From NCBI GenBank assembly GCA_964035545.1, contig OZ037767.1, forward strand, positions 22,708,628-22,772,627: DNA of 64,000 nt, written 5' to 3'. The stretch is from Bugula neritina. Its lineage: Eukaryota; Animalia; Bryozoa. The notes beneath the pieces are model-generated. The model searched no databases, was not told the origin of the DNA, and saw only the letters and a program-made list of their open reading frames with translations. Both the position numbers and the translations under genes were made by a program. Below, piece after piece: positions 26,601 to 38,000 of this stretch. How positions within the stretch are numbered: position 1 is the first letter of the stretch; each line of letters opens with the position of its first letter.

Positions 26601-29600
26601 TTCGGGGAGAAACTAACTCGCATGGCCCTACTGCGTTAGGCAAAGCACAAACATGACATTTTGAAAATATTAATGAAAATCAAATTTCCACAACAACAAA
26701 AATTAAAAAAGTTTTAAAAATGCAACAAGTGAAGAGTAGCTTCCCATTTCTTGTCCAATCTCATCGCACACTGTAAAGTGACAGAAGCCAAAGCTTGTTG
26801 ATTCTATAACCAACTCCACAAAGAATCCCTATACATGCAGGGTAACTCGTACTGGTTCTACAGATGCAGTACCCTCTATATTGACCGTCTATCCATAACA
26901 ATATTATACTAGCAGTACACGACAGTGGCAAATAAAGTAGAGCGGTTGTACGATATGTTGCCTTGGTAACATATTTAAAGGCCGTAAGCATCCAGGTTAT
27001 TTATTACATTTGAGCGAAAGTTTGCATGCTTTTCAACTGTTTTATCAGCATTTTATCCAATTTCTTATACGAAAACACTACAAAAATGCAAGTAAAAGTG
27101 GTCATATTAGGTGTCTTAGACTTGCCCGCGAGCTTGCCCTCCGTGTCCTATTCTGACGTGGGGATGGCAAAATAGCCCTATTGTAGCGTGAGTTTATATC
27201 GCGTAAAGTTATTAAGAAGCGGGTTTGTCACAGATTCTCGTTATTCGTAGCTCAAATCACATGAATGTTACTCTTCGGGCGGCTACTAATAACTAACGTT
27301 AGCTACGCAACATCAAGAAAGGTAACTAATTTGACTGTTTTCAAATGGACTATTCCATTTCGCTAGTTTGTAACTTGCTGTAAATCACAAAATAATTATT
27401 TTTCCTATTTTAATTTCAATTATCATGTCGACCACACTACCAGAAAATTACTCTTAAATATGCAGTAAATGATGATTTTCAACCGTTTTGTGATGAACTA
27501 TAGGTTAGTAGTTGTCTACGTAAAACCAAGTTTTAAAATTTGTAATTGAATCAGTGAATCACAGTATCACTATGACTATCAGTAGAGTATGAGTATCACT
27601 AGTCTATGTCTATGACTCTCACTCTAAGTCTATGACTATCGCCTATTAGTATTGGTGAACTATTATTAATAATATTCAATGGTTATATTTATTAATACCA
27701 TTATTAGTCATAATGATAATCATATGACAGTATCAGTATGTTAATGTTACGGAGCAGGATCAGTTTCGAAACTAATACAGTAATAGTAATACTGGTAATA
27801 TTAGTTATAACTATAAGTATAAGTTATACCGATAGCTATATTAACATAAATATTTATATTCATAGTAATACTAATAGCAAATCTAATGTTATTATGTTAA
27901 TAGTTATACTTGTAAGTTATAATATAAAGCAAACGACACAAGTATTAATTTGAACTGTTGGTCTTAAAATAAAAAGTAAAATAAATATAAATAATAAAAT
28001 ATAAATTATAATAATTTAATTATACTAATACTAATAGTAATAGCAATACTTATACAGTAATATAATTATAATAAATTTATAAAACTTAAACAACTTTAGA
28101 TTTAAGGAACAACTTTAAATACAAACATAAAGATAATATTAAATAATTATAATCATAATGATCATAACAATAAATATAATTATGCTTCCAATAATTATCA
28201 ATATATTATTTAAATTATTTTAATTTATAATTATAATCATAATTTTTTTAGTTATAGTGAATAAATTCAATTTGACATAATAACTATAATATTATAAAGC
28301 AGTCAGTCTATCTCTAATGCTGATTGATATTCAAATTGTTATGACTGTATCATCATTCACTAACTCTAAGAGTAAGTGACTACAATTATTAGTATCAATG
28401 TTGTGTTAGAGTACTATACCCATTGGAATTTTGATATATCCATTATATTTACAACTCTGCCTGTTACAGCTATAAATAAATTGAACCAAAATACCAACAG
28501 TGCCTAATCATCGCCTTATTTATAAAATAATCACAATCATAATGCTCAAGTTAATAGATTGGAAATTATTGAAAATTATGTTGATGCCAATATAAATATG
28601 ACATTGTATGCATCCAAGTAGTGATGTTGTAATATATCTTGGAAGATAATTACATTATAATAAGAGTTAAATTCCTCTAAGTAACTTTTTTTGCAATTAT
28701 TCCTTAGAATAACTATAACTTATACTCCTAACATTAGTTTTAGATTGAGCTACTAATTGTATTTGTTGCATGTGAAGGTTTGTTATTCTCCATCAGCTGC
28801 ATGAATGCGACTGGTAAATTTTGTAACCTTTGGCAGTAATCACTTTGTAGCATAAATTAGACACATTTTATAAAAATACATAATTTTAATGCTATAGCTG
28901 CTAGTAACTCTAATGGGTGTAATAATATTAATTAATTTTTACTTTGTTCATGCTTCATAAAGCATTTTCTAAATTCTTTTTTGAATAAATTTCTACAATA
29001 CATATAACGTGCTGAATAGATTACATATGTTGGGGTTCTTCCTATACTGCAGCTCAGCCTACACTCCCCGCCACAAATGTTCCTAAACTACTAGCTTCAT
29101 CAGGATACAGATTGATGGAGCTGTATTGATAAAAACTTCTCTTTTTAGCAGTAGAGGCATCATGAAAAAAAAGGTAAGTATTTTACTCAATAAGAATGCG
29201 GTTTTTTACTTCTACAAATTTGATAGCCTACACTATTCTATTTAAATGGAGACTGGTCTGACATAATGTGTCTGCAATTTATTAGTTATAATATAGTAAA
29301 TACTATGCGGGCCTATAGATCAAATGGCTCAAAAAAAAATTAAATAAAACATTACACAACGCTGTATTTATTAGCAATGTGATACTTAGCAACTAATTTC
29401 ACATTATTATTGTTTGCAAAGTTTTATATATCTACATATGTTTGTTCAATTCAGTGTTCTGAAGTAGAAGGTTCCAACAGCAGGGAAAAGCCTTGAACAA
29501 GATATTATGTTCTACATCTCCAACTCATTTTAACTTTGCTGGTCAGTTCATTGTGTATCTGGAGCATAGTTTTGTATTTTCAAGTAGTCCATCAGATACC

Positions 29601-32600
29601 TTTGTAGGTAGTAAAGATTAAAATGTTTGTGCAATGATGTCCATAATGTTGAACTGATTTATTGAAACTAAAACTGTTCTTAATTATAACAAAACTTGAC
29701 AATCTTTACATAAAGAATAATGTCCTATAATCTATCTTCATTGTAAACAAAATTAGAAAGTTCCACATCAGCAAATTGTTTATCATCATTTGTAGGTGGA
29801 AGAAGCTTGCACTCAGTTATAAAGGCAAGCTGACGGTGGTTTTCTTTGCCTTCTATGAAGATTTGGAAAGAGCCAGAAAATTAATACTCTATAACTGCAA
29901 AACCATGTTGTAGTGTCTTGTGTTATTGATTGAATCATCTAAAAGAAAAATTGTTGTATCATTATAATTTTACTGTTAATGAATTAGCAAATCTACTTAT
30001 CTTGGTAAATATATTCAAGAACAAATACTATAGTGTAACTCAGTTTTGGTTATGTGTATGCTCCTTAAGCGAATTTACAGCAGATATCAAACTATATATT
30101 AGAGACTGATATAGGAATTAAATTTAAGCTAACCATGATGATGTAAATAGCTGTTGAATGTGACTTCGAGAACTCTGCTGGCCATGTCAGTTCAAATACA
30201 CCAGGGTGATATGTTACGAATGTCATGTCATTATTGAAATTCAGCTTTTTTAAGTGCCTCTTCACAACTCTGGCAGCATTCTGACTGCTCCTTAGCTTTC
30301 TGCGCCTGAAATTTCTTCTACTTGCACCATTCTTCTATTGGTGGAATGTTAGCCTATAACAAACAGGTGTACCAAAGCTAAAAAATATCTAATTCACTGC
30401 ACTAGGATATTATTCAACTCATTTAAATTTAATATATAGCAGTAAAACAATCATATACTTGTATTTATTTTATCAGCTTTACTTTACAAAGCTGAACCAT
30501 ATGATTTAGTAACTTGTCACCATAATAAACATTGTACAACATACAAATTGAAAACCTGATGTGATTGCTTTTTTAATAGAATATACATCACAAACATGTT
30601 ACTTTGATAAGCGTGTTCATAATAAAAGTATTAAACCAGTTTGAAAAAAATTATTTTGTTTTGTAATGGATCACAAAACTACATCATTTTAGACCTGTAG
30701 CTCGATGTTCTTCAAGCAACGGGCTGCTATGACTAATTAATTTTCTATCATTGCATTTGATTGTTCTACTCATAGTGTATTGGCGAGTTAAAATTATTGG
30801 TAATTTAATGTATATTTTAGCTACCTCTGTACAATCAATGTCATAGTAATATCAATTAGGTTTTAAATTTCACTGAGTTTATAGTAAATTATTGCAACTG
30901 TTACATAACATTTGGCTAGTTCTCTAGTTCATTAAATAACCATACGAACTTAATTTTATAACATGACAAAACACACAAAGCAAAATTAAAATAAGCATAT
31001 TATGAACCAATGTAATTGATAAGTGATAATGCTGTTGTAAAACATAAATTATCAAATTTAAATAGTTATTATTACTATTAGTATTGCTATCATTATAACA
31101 ACTATAATCATTATTACTATTACTATTAGTATTAGCATTAGTAGTAAAAAATGAGTAGAGTTCAACATATACAATCTAGCGTACTATAAAAGTAGAAGTA
31201 GAACTTCTAAAACTATCATCTGCATCATTAACAGAACTATGAGTAATACTAGTAGTTGTACTAATAGTAATACTAATTATTAATACTAATAGACAATAGT
31301 AATAGTATCACTATGAGTATGAGACTTGGGCTGGCAGTGATTATCACTATGACTATCAGCATCGTCATAGTCAAAAGTTACAAGAATTAGAAGCCATATT
31401 GATATTCATATTGATATTCTCATTGAGTTATGCATAGTCATATTCATAGTATTAGTCAATCACTGATTGAGTTAATGTCATAGTGATACTCATACTCATA
31501 ATTAATTTATACGATTACGACACTCATAGTGATAGTCATAGTGTATCATAGTCATAGTGATAGTGATACTTCTTCGTGAATTTAATAATAATTTAATATT
31601 ATTATTTATTATCATTGTTGCTAATATTATGTCTTACTCTTAGTCTAACAGCAGCTCTATGAAGAAGTTAAACATAACTGATAAAACAAATTTAAAAAAT
31701 AATACTGCAACAATCAATATAATGTATACCAATATGCTAGCAACCTAATTTTCAGCTCAAATGGTTAACTTTCCGTGCAGTATTGTCATAGAATAAAGTT
31801 ATTAATGGTGACCTTGACATCTTCGTCTAAATGCCTTTCACATCAAGCCCCGAACCAATTTGTAAAAATTTTGGATTTTTTACTTTTAAATATTTTTTAC
31901 GAAAAGAGCTTCAAAATAAATTTTAAAAAAAGTGAGCTGTTGTCCACATGAAAGGAAATATATGAGCCAATTTTCTAAATTCTGGAAGTTACCAGAGGGT
32001 CACAATATTTTTTTTTAAAAATCTTTATTTTCACGACAAGCTCTATATATTAATATAGAAAAAAAGAAGACAACTCTTCTTTCAGATTTTTCATGTGCCA
32101 CGGTCACGTCAATATTAGTGCTATTAACACATATATTTTAATTCATTTTTTCTGGTATATTGAGTTGAGATTTTTTTTATATATTTTGTGAATGTAACTA
32201 AAAAAGTATGATCTTTCAATTAACAGTAATTGATTTTATCAAAATAACCTGGATGCCTACGATGTTTAACTATTCAAGTGGAAACATCGAGAGTAGCTAT
32301 GGTTATTATTAATCTATCACAGACATTGATTTCAACTACAACCAACCAGCCATCAACTGTCTAACGCAGACCGTAATAATAATATATATGGCCAGTACCT
32401 ATGGAACAGGTTAAATATTGAGAGTATAAAAAAGTGTTTTGTAGGCTAAGAACTTCAACTTCGTGTTGAGCGTATGGAAGGGGGAAGCCTCTGGCAGTCC
32501 CAATGTCCTGTTACAATGGAGCACATTTACATTTTTAAAACTATTTGTGAGGAAAAATATTTGCACTCACTGCCTGCAACTGTAACTAAATTGCAAGACT

Positions 32601-33255
32601 AGAATTTATGTATACACTAAATACAGCATGAATATTACAGCTAAACTTTTCCACTGGTGACTTCAATTACAAGTAAAATTATTCAAAGTAATAAATTAAC
32701 TTATAAATAATAATCATAAAAAGTCTAATCATAAGTCATAACTAGTCAATTTTGTTCAAAGCCTGTTGCCTTCATGCAGGGATGACAGAGATTCAAAAGT
32801 TCGTTTTTCTCAGCACATTGAACTAGCTTAAAACCAGTAACTTTGCTAAAATCAGGAACATTTTCAAACTTCTAAGATTTGGATTCGTATAAAGTCCACT
32901 ACATCACGTTAAGCATTACTGTGTATAATACAGAGACCTAGCCCGTGACCAGGTGTTTGAATGCTACAGATCTTAATAATTCTGGGGCACACCACCTCTA
33001 ACACATCACTAGCCTAGTAAAGGTGACTGGTACAGGTTGACAGCAGCGTTAGCTAAACTTCTCCTGAGATATTGATCATGACATCCACATAACACATGAA
33101 TATGCAAACATTATTGGAAATCACAGCATTAAGTTGTGCTGCATTAATAAAGTAACAGCAGGAGCAGTAGTGACAGTAGTGGCAGTATTAGTATTAGTAG
33201 TAGTAGTAGTAGCAGTACTACTACTACTAGTAGTAGTAGCACTAGTAGTAGTAGC

Positions 33256-33337
<82 letters not shown>

Positions 33338-35153
33338 CTAGTAGTAGCTGGTTACTGCAGTTATATTACAAGCTATTAAGACAGGGTTACAGAACCCTAT
33401 AGCCTAGTGATGTCCACAATTTCAATAGTAAGCAGGTGTAGACACTCTCAGCTGTTATCATGACAAGATGTTGTTGATAAGCTCTGCAGCTATGATTAGT
33501 TCAGTTATAACCAGGATTACCTTGTCTCACTCAGCATACTAATTACTAGTAATAGTTACCAATAGTAGTAATAGTTACCAATAGTAGCAGCAGTAGTAGT
33601 AGTAGCAGTAGTAGCACTAGTACTAGTAGTAAAGTGAACAGAGTTTAGTACTGCAGAGCTGGTATATCAGGAAGCTCACCTGAAAGCAGAGATTTCTCCA
33701 GCCGCTCATACTTGTTTTCCCTGGCCATGTTAGTGCTGAGACCGAGGTGGGCCCTGTCATTGTAGTGCACATTGTGCAGCCGGAAGTTGTAGGACATGGG
33801 CACCTGATGCACCAGAATACGGCCACTCCGAGCTCCTCTGGATGTCGAGTCTTCATCATCCGGGTGGTCCGGGTCATCACCGTGTATGAACACCCTCTCG
33901 AAGAGATACAGATACCTGGAGAATGTATGCAGTATTGTGAACATATTGTAGATAGAGTAGTGTAGATATAGCATAGTGTATAGTATAGTGTAGTGTATAG
34001 TGGGAGCAGCCGAGTCATGGGTTTGAGCCCAGACAAAGGCCATTGGTGATGTTAGGAAGAGTATCCAGTCATAATTTCTCCTGTGCCTCATCTTAATAAG
34101 TCCTTAGCCCGATTCAACAAAAACCCTTTCCATCAGGGGTTTTCTCACAGGGATGTGACTATAAACTTGCTTGAGTATAGTGTAGACATAGTGTAGTGTA
34201 GATATAGCATATCTTGTAGATACAGAGCAAGTTGAAGGCTCACCTCATATAGGTCTGTTTGAGATAGAGCTCAGCATTGGTACAGGAGCGAGAAAAATGG
34301 AAGTACTCAACAGGTATGAGGTGCCACAGATTCTTGTCACACACCTGTTAAATGAGCAGTAAGTAGTACATAGCATACCTGCTATACAACTTAACATGCA
34401 CCAAGAAGTAGCTTTTGCTATTTTAATGCAACACAGTGCTTTAGAATCTGAAGATAAGATGTTACATGTTCATGACAGATGACCTGTTGTTTCACGCAGT
34501 CAGCAACTTCTGAATATACAAACACCATTGACCTTTCACAACCAACACCAACAGTGATGTCCAGACAACCTGACTGAATATCACAGATAGTTTCTATGGC
34601 AGCACATAAGTTAATGAGTGTACCTTGTGAAATCCTCCATGTTTAGTGACCATGAGATAAAGGCGGTACAAATCAACCGGCTTTCCATTTACAGTCGGTA
34701 GGTCCAGAAAATGTGTACTAAAAATGACACAGAAAGACATTTGAGCACCAGAGGTGACTAAACTGTACCAGTATTGCTAGTTTAATAACAATCAGTAAGC
34801 CACTCGATTGTTTCAATGCAGTGATGTAGTGTATAATCAATCATACAATAGTGGTGCCTCCGTGTGGCATCAGGGAAATAGAGCTGAAACAGGATGGGGG
34901 AGTGATAACGCAACAATGAAGCATAGCTAGATGGTATTTCCCACAAATCAATAGGGGAAAGCCTCTTGAATGGCATATATACAGGGAACTCCTAAACCTA
35001 CCAAAAGACATCACTAATCATTTCTCATATGATGATATTAAATACCAACCGTCTGCCAGAGTGAAATTGGAAGAGCTCCTTCTGGAAACGCTCTTTCTCC
35101 TGGGTGTATGTGTAGACATCCCGTCCCATATATTTATCAGGTTCAGAAGTCAT
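17677..35153 (-). CDS. ARID2: AT-rich interactive domain-containing protein 2 (PBAF subunit BAF200/BAP170), multi-exon
   Basis: ATG at 35153; ARID domain ([11 protein letters not shown]..., [22 protein letters not shown]|VCDKNLW, LKQTYMR|YLYLFE); LEKSLLSG|[16 protein letters not shown]; [10 protein letters not shown]; RFX-like winged helix (CNWLRANYE...[10 protein letters not shown]); C2H2 fingers (CLWELC...H, CLWAGC...H); [19 protein letters not shown]; stop at 17677-17679. Confidence 0.93.
19700..19972. repeat. 20-bp minisatellite (ACTCTACACACACTCTGCTG), ~13 copies
   Basis: Direct tandem units in an ARID2 intron. Confidence 0.95.
21868..22050. repeat. 15-bp minisatellite (AGTACAGTGTG(G/T)TAG-like)
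   Basis: Direct tandem units. Confidence 0.9.
23046..23195. repeat. 22-bp minisatellite (TAGAATAGTATAGACTACACAT)
   Basis: Direct tandem units. Confidence 0.9.
24416..24890. repeat. ~34-bp minisatellite (GTGGTATAAGTATATAATATACTATACATACACA), ~14 copies
   Basis: Near-perfect tandem units. Confidence 0.95.
27261..29912 (+). pseudogene. Remnant exons of the THAP-domain Kolobok transposase (catalytic core apparently deleted)
   Basis: Degenerate M..C....G(C).N exon ending AAG|GTAACT (~27321); LYCSS-like and DGAV(L) THAP-like motifs (29042, 29114); KGKLTVVF...W(K)SQ-like motif (~29821-29876); many stops and frameshifts. Confidence 0.5.
30134..30353 (-). pseudogene. KolX (P2X7 C-terminal-like Cys-rich protein) pseudo-exon of the Kolobok element
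   Basis: Reads [31 protein letters not shown]...(fs)...MTFVTYHPG...[15 protein letters not shown], keeping the WCxCxxC-x10-CC spacing and the CIT.HPG motif with Cys codons mutated; bounded by AG/GT. A putative first exon lies at ~31745-31789. Confidence 0.7.
33150..33348. repeat. (GTA)n microsatellite
   Basis: Direct inspection. Confidence 0.95.
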
Positions 35154-36609
35154 AGTGATCTTGATCAGTTACATCTCTTGGTTAGTTAATACATGAATTG
35201 AGGAGCTGCAAAACAGAATCCATATAGCTTTTACCAACAAGAACAACTACAGATAACAACTTGCTCTATGTTCTACACTAGCACACCAACTCATTTTCAA
35301 CTGAAAAGCTACTTTAAAAAGAAAAACAGATTACATTTAAGTGTTATTGATAGCTTGAAGCATATTTTCTCCCAAGACATTTAGGTATTCCCATAGCAAC
35401 AAATGGGGACACAAACAATGGTTAAATATATTCAGTTTCTTGTGATTAAAACCATTGAAGGTAACTGTCAAAGTTTAGGGCAAAATAAAAAATATTTATT
35501 AAATTGAAGAGCAATTCTCAACTTTATCCCACAGACTCAATGTATTTAATATAATTTGAGTAATATTGATGCTAAAAGAAACTGGGAGAAGGCAAGTAAA
35601 GATTGACAGTGTGATGTGAATCCAGTCAAAGTTAAAAATTCAGAAGACCTTTAGCCAATCAACACACAAAGCAAGCTGTTGACAGCCAGGTTTACTATCA
35701 TGATAGGTGATATTTCCTGCCATATAAGTTTATATGTGATTAATAACTTCATCAAATACTTACTAATACCTTTACATTTGAAACTTAATGGTAAAATTAT
35801 TGTTAGTCTCTAGCAATAACTATAGACATATAATGCGATGAAATAAAGTATACTAAATTCAAAATATTTAATCTCTATTTAGACTTTCACTTTTAGTGTT
35901 TTTCACTTCTTAGCACTTAAATATAATTGCCATTATTTTTAACTAAAAACAACTCATCATCATGGATCAGTATGATTATAGCATTTTTATTTATAATAAT
36001 ATTGAAAACATGTATAAACATAAATTTGTATAAGTACTAGCATTATAAAATATTTCATGAACATCTATTACAAGTTTGAGATACAATTAAATTTTGACTA
36101 CAATTCCAATACAATTTTTTTAAAGTAACTGCTACGCCTAAAATCAATTATAAATATATAGCATCATCCGATTAGTACTATTAGTAATAGTGATTTACTT
36201 TAATTCTATTTCACAATCAAATTTCAGATTAATTTTTCTATTAGTCCTAAAACAAAAATGTGTATAATATAAAATATTCTAATTTAAATAGGTTATTATA
36301 TGCATTATTAGTATTACAAATCTAAATTTAAAGTTAAATTTTAATAAATGAAAGGTGAAGACTACTTTTACTTTGTCTGTCGATACCTGTCAAATTTTTC
36401 TTCACACTAAACCACCTTGTTGGGTAGAAGGGGTGTGCCACATTTTAATCATGGGTTGCACGTATGTACCTGTGGTCAGTAAAGATGCGCTACTAAAGTG
36501 CCCTAATCATAATGATAGTTAAAACTTCTTCAAGCTACAGTACTATAACTAGTACTAACAGTTTTAGATTTTTTAGGATCACTACACTCTACAGTGAGGC
36601 CAGTGAGGA

Positions 36610-37510
36610 TGATTATCACTATGAGTATGACTATGAGTATCAGTATGAGTGTGACTGACCATGAGCATGAGTGTCAGTATGATTATGAGTATCAGTATCG
36701 TTGGGAGACTCTAACTCTAAGTAATAACTGTTACACTTGGGTACTGTAAGTGTAATTTAAAGTATCAGAGTATCACTATCACAGTGACAGTATGAGTATC
36801 AGTAGGAGTATCAGACTCAGTATGAGTATGAGTATCACAATCACCATAGCATTCTGAATCACAATGACCATAACTGATAACGGCATAACATATACAATTA
36901 CAATCTGAATCAGAACGACAATCACAATCACAATGTCAATGTGAATGACAATCACAATGATAAATGATTTAGACAATCACAATGACTATCACAATGTCAA
37001 TGCGAAACTGAATATCAAAATGAACCAGAATGAGACCGACTATCACTATCGCTATGAAAATGACTATTGACTATTACTATTAGTATTACTATTAGTAAGT
37101 AGTACTAGTACTAGTAGTAGTTGAGTCATACTACGACATTGACTCAACAGTGATTGAGTTTGACAATCGCTATGAACTTGAAGTATTACTATTAGTATTA
37201 GTATTAGTATCACATGAATATAATTATAATAGTAATACTGACTTTCACTATGACTATTACCATTAGTATTAGTATTAGTATTACTATAAGATTAAGTATA
37301 ACCAAAGTATAAGTATAAGAGGGAACTATCACATTCACTATGCTTATTGCAATTGAATATTACTATTAGTATTAGTATTACTATAACATTAACTAATTAC
37401 TATGAGTATAAGTACTACTAGTAGAGGATTCCGATTAGGTATTGAATTTGATTATATTTATATTAAATTTATTTTCAATCTTAAAGTTAATGACTAATGA
37501 GTATAAGAGT
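36610..37510. repeat. Degenerate 6-bp-periodic tract (TATGAG/TATCAC/AATCAC/TATTAG...) in the ARID2 5' region
   Basis: In-register hexamers such as gattat cactat gagtat gactat gagtat cagtat and aatcac aatgtc aatgtg aatgac. Confidence 0.8.
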
Positions 37511-37599
37511 GAGCTCAATTACCTTATTATACACTAATTGGTTCTTGAATATCTATAGAAGACGTAAGCGCTAAGTTAGTAGCTGATTATTCGCCTCAA

Positions 37600-38000
37600 T
37601 AAATAACTCAATCTACTAAGCTAAAGCTTCAAGCTTTGGCCTGTCAAAGATATTTGTGCAGCTTGATCTGGTCGCAAAGCTTCAACAAAGCAGAACAAGT
37701 TACGGACAACTCCAGTAATTACGCTGAGAGGGGGATGCTAAATTTAAAACGCGTATGGGAAATGCAGCAAATTAGGTTAAACATGAACGCCTCCGTTGTA
37801 TCATTCAACCTTCACCTTCATATAATAATTAACGGGGCTGAGCGGTGTCTTGATAACCAAGTCGATTAATTTATCCAAAATAAGTCTTACACACCTCAAG
37901 AAAAGTTTGTAGAGCATAAGAGGCATGTTGTAGCAGTTGAAATCTGTAAATATACGCAGTTAAAACGACGCTTAGTTGCAAAATACGCATTTTTAGTATA
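37600..38000. promoter_or_regulatory. Probable ARID2 promoter / first-exon region, possibly bidirectional
   Basis: CpG-enriched stretch upstream of ARID2; minus-strand donors at ~37522 (AAG|GTAATT) and ~37895 (GAG|GTGTGT); UTR acceptor near 35207; periodic tracts on both flanks. Confidence 0.45.

Larger units (their letters stand above)
26979..32265 (+). mobile_element. Decayed Kolobok DNA transposon (~5.3 kb) inside the largest ARID2 intron
   Basis: TTAA on both sides (26975-78, 32266-69); 24-bp TIRs AGGCCGTAAGCATCCAGGTTATTT / AAATAACCTGGATGCCTACGATGT (20/24 match); internal convergent THAP-transposase and KolX remnants. Confidence 0.8.

Noticed and set aside
26310-26645. CpG-rich segment with faint inverted ends (possible old MITE or SINE)
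   Set aside because: Terminal matches are short, and I found no TSD or pol III boxes.
27738-27953. Hydrophobic Ile/Val-rich ORFs (also 36779-36976)
   Set aside because: By-products of the 6-bp-periodic tracts, with no splice or homology support.
32400-33000. Possible Tc1/mariner transposase remnant (SGSPN..., PATVTKL..., GEHFQ-like) or small nested gene
   Set aside because: Needs several frameshifts and has no convincing TIR pair or coherent ORF; too weak without a search.
33134-33379. Poly-Val ORF as a membrane protein
   Set aside because: Artefact of the (GTA)n repeat.
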